A DNA stretch of 64,000 bases, from the IMG/VR virus record IMGVR_UViG_3300024322_000001. One strand, written 5' to 3'. This document shows, piece after piece, positions 47,197-56,626 of this stretch (positions are counted from its first letter, which is position 1; every line of letters starts with the position of its first letter). The position numbers and the translations under genes are program-made. A model generated the notes under the pieces. That model was given only the letters and a program-made list of their open reading frames with translations, was not told where the DNA came from and did not search any database. Source of the DNA: a virus (taxonomy: Duplodnaviria; Caudoviricetes).

Positions 47197-48522
47197 TTAT
47201 ACAACTATATCTCCTACCTTAATTAACCAGCTCCCATCACAAAAAGTTTTGGTTGGTACTATATTAGTAGGACCATATCCTCCTATAAAGCCTTCTTTAT
47301 TCATTGCAGGGAGAATTGATTCAATTAATTTTTTAACATCTTGTCTTTTTCTATTATTAATATAGGTAAAGAATATATCTGAGAAGCTATCTATAATTTC
47401 TTCCGGAAGATTTGTAAGGTGGTTGACATTATTAAAACTACTTGTATTGTTGCTATAGGCAATTTTAATATCTTCCCAACTTAAATTATTCTTAATATTA
47501 AACTCGTCTTCACCTACATACGAATCGACAGTGTATATGTTTTTAAACAGACCGCTACATCCGAAGAAAAAAGTTGACTCTCCGGTATGACTGTTTATTT
47601 CAATCATTTTAGAATTTTCATCTGTAAAATTACCTATATGCTTTAGTAGATCTGATAGACCGAAGAAGCTATCTCTGTTAAATTTTTGTCGTCCGAAATT
47701 ATACTTCTCTAATACTATTTCAACATGCTGATCAATAATATCTTTTGGGTGTTTAATGTACTGAGCTATGCTCTTATTTATTACATTTCCTTCACTATCA
47801 AAAGAAATACCTATCTTACCGCCGCTTTCTCTATAATCGTTATAGTATGTATCAGAATCTGCATTTGCAGCATCTGCAATATCTGATTTTTGTCTTACTA
47901 GACTGTTAGAAAGGTTAATTATATTATGAGTATTGTAGAAAGTTTCTATATATACATCTGCAGCATACTTAACCGGTATACAGTTATCAGAAAGAGTCTT
48001 AATCATTTGCTTTGTAACTCCGTAGCAATGTGCACCGTTAAAATTAGTCCTGTATCTAGGAATTACAAAATTTTTAGATAGTATTATTCCATGTGATTGT
48101 TCAGTTTTTTTCCCGTACTGTACTATATCCCAGTCGATATCGTTCTGTTCTTTTAGTATTTCCTTGTATATAGGTGTTAGCTTGCTATTCTCTATAAAGG
48201 GAGTTACAAAGAAAATATCGTCTTCTAGAAAAAGTGCATTTTCAACTCCATCCTTTAATGCTTGATCCCAAGCTTTTTTATGTGATAATGCGCAAGCGAA
48301 GATACCTGTAGTCAGCATACCAGTTGGATCAAAAAACGAACTCCCTACTAGACCTTGTTTTTGTAATTCTACTGTTGTTATTTCCTTACCGTCTACAGCT
48401 TCAATAAAAGTAAAATCAATTTCAGGATTTTCCTTAATTAATATATCTCTTCTATCTTTTCTACGTTTTAAATTTATAACGTATATTTTATCAAATCCTA
48501 AAGTACTATTTTTTAAACTCAT
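47197..48522 (-). CDS. GT25 glycosyltransferase fused to a degenerate SAM-methyltransferase-like domain
   Basis: YVINLKRRKDRR, FIEAVDG, CALSH, LEDD; C-terminal MIEI..HTGEST..F, YTVD, GFIGG. Confidence 0.8.
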   Translation of the reverse strand: MSLKNSTLGFDKIYVINLKRRKDRRDILIKENPEIDFTFIEAVDGKEITTVELQKQGLVGSSFFDPTGMLTTGIFACALSHKKAWDQALKDGVENALFLEDDIFFVTPFIENSKLTPIYKEILKEQNDIDWDIVQYGKKTEQSHGIILSKNFVIPRYRTNFNGAHCYGVTKQMIKTLSDNCIPVKYAADVYIETFYNTHNIINLSNSLVRQKSDIADAANADSDTYYNDYRESGGKIGISFDSEGNVINKSIAQYIKHPKDIIDQHVEIVLEKYNFGRQKFNRDSFFGLSDLLKHIGNFTDENSKMIEINSHTGESTFFFGCSGLFKNIYTVDSYVGEDEFNIKNNLSWEDIKIAYSNNTSSFNNVNHLTNLPEEIIDSFSDIFFTYINNRKRQDVKKLIESILPAMNKEGFIGGYGPTNIVPTKTFCDGSWLIKVGDIVV

Positions 48523-48523
48523 A

Positions 48524-49615
48524 TTATAACTCTCTAATTAGATTCTCATACTTAGAGTATATATTTTCATTACTTAACTCCTTTAAGTTACTTTCTTGGT
48601 CTGTAAGTAGTCTTTTCAGTATATCTAGTTTTGTTTTATGAAAAATATCTAAGGTATATTCTATTTGTTCAGGTTGATTAGAGATAACATATGGATAATT
48701 CTTTAAATACTCTAATGCAGCGGAGTCTCTTCCTATTATAGGTACTAATCCGTTTAATAGACTCTTAAATGTATAGTAATCGAAGGTATCGTATACTGGG
48801 GTATATAGATATGCAGAATATTTCTTGAAATACTTATTTTCTGAACGTAGTCTTGCTTTAAAAGTAAATTTTGGTATAGTCTGTGTAACGTTGTTAATAA
48901 GAAATTGATTAAGAAAATCCGTTCTTCCGTGAATACCGTAATAGTCTAAACTTAAATTTTCATTCTTCCATATTGTATTTGCAGATATATGAATTCCATT
49001 AGCATATGACGGTACTCCATTGAAAGTAAAATTTGTACCTTTAGTAACGTTGTCTAAATTTACTTTTAAACTTTTCTCACTACCTAGAGGCGGTGGTATA
49101 ACTACTTTTTTAATTCCATCGGGAACTTTATAATAATCTTCAAATAGTTCCTTATCTCTCTTACTAAAGAATACAAATGCATCAGAATGTTTATAGTATA
49201 GGGTATTCTGCTTATCATTAGATAGAGCTACAAATCCTTCCGAAAAAGAAGGTGCAAATTTCTCTAGACATTCAAGATTTAATTTTCTATGAACTTCTGG
49301 TATTGTGTCTATAATAAATATTTTAGGAATCGTGACTTCCCTTAGAAACTCATGATACAGCCCTACACTACTAACTTTGTAATCAAAGCTAATAATTAAA
49401 TGCGAGTAATTCTTATTAATAGTATACTGAGCATTTACGTCCCTAAAGCTAAACGTATCTGCTTCAGTTATACCTATAGCTTTATAGATACTAGTAAAAA
49501 TATTAGTTTCGTTTATTAACCCTTTATTTTCATAATTTGTGACTACACATAACTTCATCTTACTTGCTGTATTAAATTCCATCCCAGTTTTCATTTTCAG
49601 GTGATAGATGCACAC
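48524..49615 (-). CDS. putative GT-B-fold glycosyltransferase
   Basis: YDTFDY...SL..GL.PI resembles the GT4 E-x7-E region; cluster context. Confidence 0.5.
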   Translation of the reverse strand: MCIYHLKMKTGMEFNTASKMKLCVVTNYENKGLINETNIFTSIYKAIGITEADTFSFRDVNAQYTINKNYSHLIISFDYKVSSVGLYHEFLREVTIPKIFIIDTIPEVHRKLNLECLEKFAPSFSEGFVALSNDKQNTLYYKHSDAFVFFSKRDKELFEDYYKVPDGIKKVVIPPPLGSEKSLKVNLDNVTKGTNFTFNGVPSYANGIHISANTIWKNENLSLDYYGIHGRTDFLNQFLINNVTQTIPKFTFKARLRSENKYFKKYSAYLYTPVYDTFDYYTFKSLLNGLVPIIGRDSAALEYLKNYPYVISNQPEQIEYTLDIFHKTKLDILKRLLTDQESNLKELSNENIYSKYENLIREL

Positions 49616-50315
49616 AGTAGCTATCTAAACATATAACCTGGTAGAATATTTTAGAAAATATCCAATCATCGTGGCCTGCATTTTTAGACATAGAAGGGTA
49701 TAGGTGGTGTAAATCGGGGTATACATTTAATAGAGATGGCAAATGAAATAGTTGAAAATAACCATACCCTTTAAACTTCTGTACGATTTCGTCTGTTTTA
49801 CTAAAATATTGCTGTGGTATGAATGGGTCAAAATCCTCTTCTTCGTTGACGTTGACTCTTCCCATCGTGTATAGGTTTAATGCTGAGAAGGGTTCGTCTA
49901 AATACTCTTCATATAAACGGTAATAACCTGTTCTTTCCATGTGTTCTGTTTCAACACATTTCAATTTTCTTAACCCTCTAATTTTTATTCTATTAGTCTC
50001 TTCATCAACAGGGAAAGCATCACTAAAGTTATCCGGTAGTAGTACGTCTGCGTCAATATGCAGATACCAATCGTTAGTGTACCCTAATAAATCAAATGCT
50101 TCGTTAATGGCTTCACCTTTTGAAAATTGACGGTTATAAAGCTTTTCAGAAAATATATACTCTAGGTTATTATCTTCACACAGTTTTATAGTTTCAGTAT
50201 CTTGCTCGGTAGTAACTATAACCCAACGTTTAAAAAAACGATTATTTGCTATACAATACTTAAATAAATGTGCGTAGTTTACACACACAGTAACTGCGTA
50301 TATATCTATATTCAT
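49572..50315 (-). CDS. GT-A-fold (GT2-like) glycosyltransferase
   Basis: VTVCVNY, FSKGEAIN, LHIDADVLLP (DxD), GYFQLF, HL. Confidence 0.75.
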   Translation of the reverse strand: MNIDIYAVTVCVNYAHLFKYCIANNRFFKRWVIVTTEQDTETIKLCEDNNLEYIFSEKLYNRQFSKGEAINEAFDLLGYTNDWYLHIDADVLLPDNFSDAFPVDEETNRIKIRGLRKLKCVETEHMERTGYYRLYEEYLDEPFSALNLYTMGRVNVNEEEDFDPFIPQQYFSKTDEIVQKFKGYGYFQLFHLPSLLNVYPDLHHLYPSMSKNAGHDDWIFSKIFYQVICLDSYCVHLSPENENWDGI

Positions 50316-50350
50316 AACTAATTTTTCAATAAACTTTTTTTACTGTACTA

Positions 50351-51178
50351 CTAGTACGTATTCCACTTAGAGTAGTCTAGATCAGGATAAAGTGCTTTGA
50401 GTTCATTAACACTATCTTTAAAATAAGCCTTTAAAAATTGTTCAGAAGCTGTATCGATAGTTGTGTCGTAAGATGCAGAATGTATATCTCTATATTCTTT
50501 ATCAAGTGCTAACTCATCTACTCCTAAAAAGCTAAACATTTTATTATATTCAACTGCAGGATTAGCTTTGATTTCTTCCTGTATAGCTACATATACGTTT
50601 TCCGATCCAAAAGTTGCTCTATATTTCTTTAAGTTTTCTACGTATTTACTTCTAAGTAGAATAGAGTTTTTAGCTTTATCGTTAGAAACCTGTTCTGTAC
50701 TTTCGTTGAAGGACTTTCCTTTAAATCTCAATGCAAAATTCGAATTTGGTCTTTGTATATGATTCCAATGGCTAAAACTTCTAGTGATAGGATCTCTAAG
50801 TATAACTATAATCTTAGGTGTTCCTAAAGTTAATGCCATGTTTTTAGCTGTGCTTTCTTGACCTTTTTCATGTAGGTAGAAATAATTTGGTGATGCTTCT
50901 CCTATTGCTTTGGTTGGTCTTGGAAAATAAGACTCGTATAAATCTCTACCTAAATTAAAATTATGTTCTTTATTAAAAAAGTCCATTTCTTTATTAGTCT
51001 CTTCACTTAAGCCTCCTACAAAGTCAGAAGGTTTATAATTATAATGTGCGTTTACTTTTTCCTTCCAGTAAGGCGTTACACAGAATACATCTTCGTGTAA
51101 ATTTAAATTTATAGCAGCAGCAGAGGTGCTACCTTTCATTGCTCCTACTATTATAAAGTTTGGTGTGTTCTTTTTCAT
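50351..51178 (-). CDS. PAPS-dependent sulfotransferase (heparan-sulfate sulfotransferase-like)
   Basis: 5'-PSB PNFIIVGAMKGSTS, KEMDFF, GEASPNY, 3'-PB ILRDPITRSFSHW, FLGV. Confidence 0.9.
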   Translation of the reverse strand: MKKNTPNFIIVGAMKGSTSAAAINLNLHEDVFCVTPYWKEKVNAHYNYKPSDFVGGLSEETNKEMDFFNKEHNFNLGRDLYESYFPRPTKAIGEASPNYFYLHEKGQESTAKNMALTLGTPKIIVILRDPITRSFSHWNHIQRPNSNFALRFKGKSFNESTEQVSNDKAKNSILLRSKYVENLKKYRATFGSENVYVAIQEEIKANPAVEYNKMFSFLGVDELALDKEYRDIHSASYDTTIDTASEQFLKAYFKDSVNELKALYPDLDYSKWNTY

Positions 51179-51261
51179 AATTATAATATAATACTTTTCT
51201 TTTTAATAAACAACTTTTAGAGTAATTTTTTTCTATATAATATAAATAGATAAAAATAACA

Positions 51262-51558
51262 TTAAAAAGGAGTTTCTTGAATTGATTGACTTGTTATTAA
51301 TTTATTAATAGAAGATGATAATTCTGTTTGGATAGAAGGAATATCAAAACTCCCTGTTATCCACCCTAAAACTATATCTTGAGTTAAATCTTCGAAAGGT
51401 ATAAACCCGTCTTCAGATGCGGTCCCTGATATTTCTATGATGCCCCATTTTCGAGCTACAGATCCACTAACGATAGTATCATATGTGTATTCTACATCGT
51501 ATACTAATCCGTCAGATGCGTTTCTAGTTAAGTTATTTATGTGCCAGTTAAATTCCAT
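51262..51558 (-). CDS. small tail-associated protein (paralog of 45410..45718)
   Basis: WHI.NL.R...DGLV..VEY, FIPFEDLTQDIVLGW. Confidence 0.7.
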   Translation of the reverse strand: MEFNWHINNLTRNASDGLVYDVEYTYDTIVSGSVARKWGIIEISGTASEDGFIPFEDLTQDIVLGWITGSFDIPSIQTELSSSINKLITSQSIQETPF

Positions 51559-51570
51559 ATTTTATAAATA

Positions 51571-52278
51571 TTATGATGTTACGTCGAGGTATACTTTAAA
51601 TGTTCCTACGTTACTACCGTAAGAAACAAAACTAAATTCTAAAGTATCAACTAATGCTGTGATTGGGCTTCGTAACCAGAAGTTATAGCCCAACATACTT
51701 CCTCCACTAGTTTCTGCATATACATGATAACCAGTTGATTCAACTGTTGTATCTACTGATGTACCTGTTCCTGAAGATGGAGGAATACTATTAGTTACAT
51801 TCCACCTACCCCCACTTGTACCTGTTCCTAACGAAGTCCAGCTTGCTCCACTATATGTACTGGTATTTGTTGTTGTTGTCTGCCATCCTGTTCTACTTTG
51901 AGATAAATCATAAGTAGTATTACCTAAATATATTGTTGCACCGATTTGAAAATCTCCTCGGTAAGAAGTACTCGCTGTACCGTTAGTATACTGTATTACT
52001 AATCTACCGTTTTTACCATCGTAATCACTCAACGTAGAAATTTCACCATCACCTTGGAATATATCCCAAGAGGTAGTTGATGATAAATTTTGTGTATATA
52101 AAGCTGAGGATAATCCTAAAGGGATACTTGAGTACCCGTAAAATTCGGATACAGCATCTGGTGTTGATTTCCCAGCTGTACTGCTCATACTACGTAAAGA
52201 TACGTTTGTACTCGCGGCACTTAGTTCTGTTCTAATTTGGCTAAAACTAAGCGGATTTCCTGCAGAGGGTAGAGCCAT
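51571..52278 (-). CDS. putative tail fibre tip adhesin
   Basis: MALPSAG.PLSFSQI..E, SL, P...SEFYG N-terminus, typical of adhesins that follow S74-chaperoned fibres. Confidence 0.65.
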   Translation of the reverse strand: MALPSAGNPLSFSQIRTELSAASTNVSLRSMSSTAGKSTPDAVSEFYGYSSIPLGLSSALYTQNLSSTTSWDIFQGDGEISTLSDYDGKNGRLVIQYTNGTASTSYRGDFQIGATIYLGNTTYDLSQSRTGWQTTTTNTSTYSGASWTSLGTGTSGGRWNVTNSIPPSSGTGTSVDTTVESTGYHVYAETSGGSMLGYNFWLRSPITALVDTLEFSFVSYGSNVGTFKVYLDVTS

Positions 52279-55200
52279 TATACTTTAGATTTAAGTTCGT
52301 CGATTTGTTTTTGCTGTTCTTTAATTGCTTCAATTAATAAAGGAACAATTTTTTCATAGTTAACAGCTTTATATCCATTATCTCTTGTAGTAACAGCTTC
52401 TGGTAATATTGATTCTATTTCTTGGGCTATAACACCTACATCTCTACCTGTATTACCATGTATTGTTTGTATTTCTTCTTTTGATAAAGATTTCCAGTCA
52501 AATGTATTACCTGATACTCCTATTACTTTACATAAAGCATTTTCAATAGGTTGAATATTTTCTTTTAATCTTCTATCGGAAGTAGCAAATGCTACAACAT
52601 CGTTTGTCGCATCAATTCTACCGGTTGTTGTATTAAGTGTTGTAGTACCCCCTACTTGTAAATGACATGCTACTGTGGCATTGTTCATGTAAGTAGTTTT
52701 TGTTGTAGTAGAAGCTAAACAACACCCTATAGCGTGAGAATAGTCGTGTTTAACACAGTTGCCTCGCCCGACTGTTGAAGCATAATCTGAGTGACATATA
52801 TTGTTCATACAGCCTCCTAGAATAGAGGAATAATTAGAATTAAGGCAAACATTGTTGTACTCACCTCCTATTATGGAAGAAGCATATCCGGTGGCACGAT
52901 TACAAAATCCTCCACCGACAAAAGCAAGTGCTTGATCTTTAATTAAATTACATTTTCCGCCACCTATAGTACTAGCCAAGGCATTGCATATTCTGTTACA
53001 ACATCCACCTGCAATTGTAGCGCCACTGCAATTGCTTCCGCATATACAGTTTTGGATACCACCTCCTATTGTGTTCTGGGAACCATAGCTACAAGTATTT
53101 ATAACGTTAGTAGATCCTCCTGCTATTGTATTGCTAATATATCCGCATATTACATTACTATTTCCACCACCTATGGTATGGTAATTTCCAGCAGTAGAAT
53201 TTTTAATTTGGTTAGCATTACCTCCCAGGATTGAACTCAAGTTTTGACATAATATACTATTACTACATCCTCCTGCTATGGTACCGGAATTAGACACTAA
53301 GATACAGTTAGATCCACCTGAGCCTATAAATGCGAAGCAGGCTCCATCTATTTGATTTCGACAACCTGCTCCTATTATTGCATAGGCAGATCTTGACTCA
53401 CTTTTAGGGTAATTGCAAGCTGTATCTAATATCTTGTTTTCATATCCTCCTACAATTGTTTGAATAGTTCCGAATTCCATTTTATTGTAACAACCTCCTC
53501 CTATAAAGTTTGCACTACACATAGAACCGTTTCCTTTCACGCAGTTTAAAGTACCTCCTACAATTGTATTGTAGTAACCACCACCGGTGGAGATGCAGTT
53601 ACAATTACCAGATGCGACTATACTTTGGTTACCGTTTATATAGTTTAAATTACCTCCGACTATGTTACATGAACCGAATGTTGAATTACCAGATGTTTTG
53701 TTAAGGAATACATTTTTATAATTAGCTACCACACAAATAGCAGAATCAAATGGTTCTGTACCTCCATATTCAAAGGTACATGAAGCAACTTTAACAGCTA
53801 TTGTTTCATCATCATCAGTCATTATCCCTAACTCCCCGCCGAAGTTATCATCACTGATATCGATTTTCCCTAAACCAGCATTATTGCATCCAAATTGACT
53901 ACGATCTGCGAGAAAGTAGTTTCCTAGTGAATCTACACAGAAAGACTGACCGTCGTAAGTTAATCCTGATTCTCCTATAATACTAGTTGTCCCACCAGCA
54001 GTTAGTATCCTATTATTAACTCCACCGGACATTGTAACTGTACCAGTACAAGTAGTAAACGCCGTTGAATTAAATGCATTTGAACCTAATTCTCTAGTTC
54101 CAACATCTCCACTACTGTTAATCATTAATGAAGTTGCTTCTGAATTTTGTGCGGGTTGTAAGGCTATATTCAGCGCAGCAGTCACCAATTTCGTACCATC
54201 CCAAATTAATTTGTTGGTATTACCAAATGATGTAGTTCCGTTATAGAATGGAATATATGTAGATGTACCGTTACCAGTTAATGTACCGGTACAAGTAGTA
54301 AATCCGTAAGTGTTATCCCAATTGGTATTACCATCTGTTATATACCCACATCCGTTAGCTATTTGATTGTTATTATTTGGTATATCAGAACTTATAGCAA
54401 TTGTACCAGTTTGATCAGGTAAAGTATATGTTCTATCTCCAGTTAATAGTCCTGCTAATAAAGTACCTTCGTATGCATCTGCGGCATTTCCTTCGAATAC
54501 AACACCATTTGATGTCGATACAGTTTCTACATTATTAGTTGTTGTTGTTCCTGTTACAACTAAATCACCAGGTATAGTTACTGTATCGGTTGAATCACCA
54601 ATTTGAACTGCGTTTGATCCAAAACCACCTGCTAAACGTATTTTTAAATTAGTAATAGAAACATCATCCACTTTCGTGTTACCTGCCAATGCTGTAGTAG
54701 ATGTTGTACCTAATGTTAAGTTAGAAGTACCAGTACATGTAGTAAACGCTGTTGAATTAAATGCATTTGAACCTAATTCTCTAGTTCCAACTACATTTGA
54801 ACCATTTATCATTACAGCAGTTGATGCTGATGCTTGATTGGCTAGACCTGTAAGAGATAGAGTAGAGCTAATTGTATTAGTTTCTACATCTAAATTATTT
54901 ACAAAAGTATAGTTAGATTTATCTGCTGTTATATCAGAACCTAAAATATGTACATTGGATTTGTCTGCACTAGAGTTATTAAAACCACCTGCTATACTAC
55001 TAGAAGGGAGTATTAAACAGTTATTTTTACCTCCACCTATAAAGTTGTGGAGAGAACTTATATAGTTATCTTCACCTGTTACAATACCACTAAAACATGA
55101 GCTTAGGGTTATATTATTACTACAACCACCTCCTATAAAACTACATGCTCCTGAGCCTGTGTTTAGCATACCGCCTACTATAGTAGCAAAATTACCGTTA

Positions 55201-56249
55201 GCACAGTTTTTACACCCTCCTACAACAATTGTATGTCCACCATCGGTACCGCCGTTATAAGAAATATTGCAAGAACCTCCAGCTATAACATGCCCCTGAT
55301 TAGTTGAAGAAACTATACAGTTATTATACCCTCCTCCTATAACTGTATATCCTCCTGAGCCATGTATACTGTTATACCTACCGCCTCCAATAAAAGCATT
55401 AGTACTTGAGCATATTTCGCTATCACGGCCTCCTGCTATTGAAGAAAAATCATCATATTGGATATTATGTCCTGAACCTATTTGTATATTTGTACTACCT
55501 GATATACCACCAGTTACTGTTAAGCCTATACCTGGTGTGGTCATTGAATTAAATGAAGGGGGTAGAACATACAAACCGTGGGGAGAAAAGTTTGCAGTAT
55601 CTATAAATACGTTATTACATTCTTGTTTAAATGAAATATTACCTTTAGTTTGTCCTGAAGTAGCACAAGCTATTCTACCGTAAATAGCAGCATATAGTTT
55701 ATTTGCAGCTGTACTTTTGCCCCAAAATTGAGCTGTTCCTAAAGTATCATTATCCGCTGGGGAAGCTGAATTTCTACAGAAAGTTAAATCTGGTGCAGAA
55801 GAAGCACCTGCGTCTGTAGAAGTTAATCTTAATAGATCGCCTGTACCTGTGTATGTTAAATCTAGGGTAGTACCATCATATGTAAAATTAGATGAACCAT
55901 CTAAACTAGTAGTACCGTTCCAAGTAGTTACTTGATTATTTACACCTGTGCCAGTTACAGTACCAGTACAAGTAGTAAACGCCGTTGAATTAAATGCGTT
56001 TGAACCTAAAGAATGACGCTCTATCTGACCAGAAGTACTATTTCTTGTTAAAAAGTCTATGCTTGTATTAGCAGTCGAGTCTAGTGATGGTTCTGTACCT
56101 AAGGTAACTAGTCTCTCTAAATAGGTATCTCTTCCTAATTTTGATTCTCTTGAGTATATATCCTGAGCAGAATATATTCCTCCTGAAGATGTTATTTCGT
56201 TTAGTACCGCAGTACTCCCTGAGGTAATTACTTTTTTCCAGTTTGGCAT
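52278..56249 (-). CDS. tail fibre with Cys-rich GGxxN repeats and C-terminal intramolecular chaperone (peptidase S74)
   Basis: SDRRLKENI, GVIAQE, VNYEKIVPLLIEAIKEQ; many I(V)GGxxN repeats. Confidence 0.88.
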   Translation of the reverse strand: MPNWKKVITSGSTAVLNEITSSGGIYSAQDIYSRESKLGRDTYLERLVTLGTEPSLDSTANTSIDFLTRNSTSGQIERHSLGSNAFNSTAFTTCTGTVTGTGVNNQVTTWNGTTSLDGSSNFTYDGTTLDLTYTGTGDLLRLTSTDAGASSAPDLTFCRNSASPADNDTLGTAQFWGKSTAANKLYAAIYGRIACATSGQTKGNISFKQECNNVFIDTANFSPHGLYVLPPSFNSMTTPGIGLTVTGGISGSTNIQIGSGHNIQYDDFSSIAGGRDSEICSSTNAFIGGGRYNSIHGSGGYTVIGGGYNNCIVSSTNQGHVIAGGSCNISYNGGTDGGHTIVVGGCKNCANGNFATIVGGMLNTGSGACSFIGGGCSNNITLSSCFSGIVTGEDNYISSLHNFIGGGKNNCLILPSSSIAGGFNNSSADKSNVHILGSDITADKSNYTFVNNLDVETNTISSTLSLTGLANQASASTAVMINGSNVVGTRELGSNAFNSTAFTTCTGTSNLTLGTTSTTALAGNTKVDDVSITNLKIRLAGGFGSNAVQIGDSTDTVTIPGDLVVTGTTTTNNVETVSTSNGVVFEGNAADAYEGTLLAGLLTGDRTYTLPDQTGTIAISSDIPNNNNQIANGCGYITDGNTNWDNTYGFTTCTGTLTGNGTSTYIPFYNGTTSFGNTNKLIWDGTKLVTAALNIALQPAQNSEATSLMINSSGDVGTRELGSNAFNSTAFTTCTGTVTMSGGVNNRILTAGGTTSIIGESGLTYDGQSFCVDSLGNYFLADRSQFGCNNAGLGKIDISDDNFGGELGIMTDDDETIAVKVASCTFEYGGTEPFDSAICVVANYKNVFLNKTSGNSTFGSCNIVGGNLNYINGNQSIVASGNCNCISTGGGYYNTIVGGTLNCVKGNGSMCSANFIGGGCYNKMEFGTIQTIVGGYENKILDTACNYPKSESRSAYAIIGAGCRNQIDGACFAFIGSGGSNCILVSNSGTIAGGCSNSILCQNLSSILGGNANQIKNSTAGNYHTIGGGNSNVICGYISNTIAGGSTNVINTCSYGSQNTIGGGIQNCICGSNCSGATIAGGCCNRICNALASTIGGGKCNLIKDQALAFVGGGFCNRATGYASSIIGGEYNNVCLNSNYSSILGGCMNNICHSDYASTVGRGNCVKHDYSHAIGCCLASTTTKTTYMNNATVACHLQVGGTTTLNTTTGRIDATNDVVAFATSDRRLKENIQPIENALCKVIGVSGNTFDWKSLSKEEIQTIHGNTGRDVGVIAQEIESILPEAVTTRDNGYKAVNYEKIVPLLIEAIKEQQKQIDELKSKV
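54040..56009. repeat. three near-identical 50-65 bp direct repeats within the fibre gene
   Basis: 54040-54104 and 54727-54791 (63/65 identical) and 55960-56009; encode LGSNAFNSTAFTTCTGT. Confidence 0.9.
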
Positions 56250-56266
56250 ATCTTGTCTATTTACGG

Positions 56267-56306
56267 TTGGCTACTGACTATTCAGTCCACTTCCCTTACG
56301 GGCCAA
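56267..56306 (-). ncRNA. putative three-way-junction RNA in the fibre gene leader
   Basis: UUGGC/GCCAA, CC-GUAA-GG (GNRA loop), ACUGA-AUAG-UCAGU; GC-rich island in an AT-rich spacer. Confidence 0.45.
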
Positions 56307-56349
56307 TAATTAGTTTAATATAAATAGGTAGTATAAGAGGAAAGTATTA

Positions 56350-56535
56350 TTACTTTTTTAACTGTTTAGACAGTTTTGTGAAGATAGAGTAAAACTGTTC
56401 AAATTCAGCTCCTGTAAATTGAGCTGTTTTCATTTTATCTAAAAGAAACTGGATTTCTTTCTTGGTTAGTTCATTATTAACGTTAGAAATAGTAGTTGTC
56501 TTTTTATGAATTAATTTGTTGCTCTTGATTGGCAT
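56350..56535 (-). CDS. hypothetical protein
   Basis: 61-aa co-oriented ORF. Confidence 0.55.
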   Translation of the reverse strand: MPIKSNKLIHKKTTTISNVNNELTKKEIQFLLDKMKTAQFTGAEFEQFYSIFTKLSKQLKK

Positions 56536-56559
56536 AACTTATTCTCTAAGTTTAAGCAA

Positions 56560-56582
56560 GAAAAGGGGGCGTTAGCCCCCCG
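56560..56582 (-). terminator. intrinsic terminator after 56627..58195
   Basis: GGGGGC-TAAC-GCCCCC hairpin followed by TTTTCTT. Confidence 0.8.
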
Positions 56583-56626
56583 TTCCTGAATAAAAAATTA
56601 TTTACTAGCAAAAAAACTTGATAGTA

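Noticed and set aside
56267-56306. Hammerhead ribozyme interpretation of the three-way junction
   Set aside because: Lacks the unpaired CUGAnGA and GAAA core.
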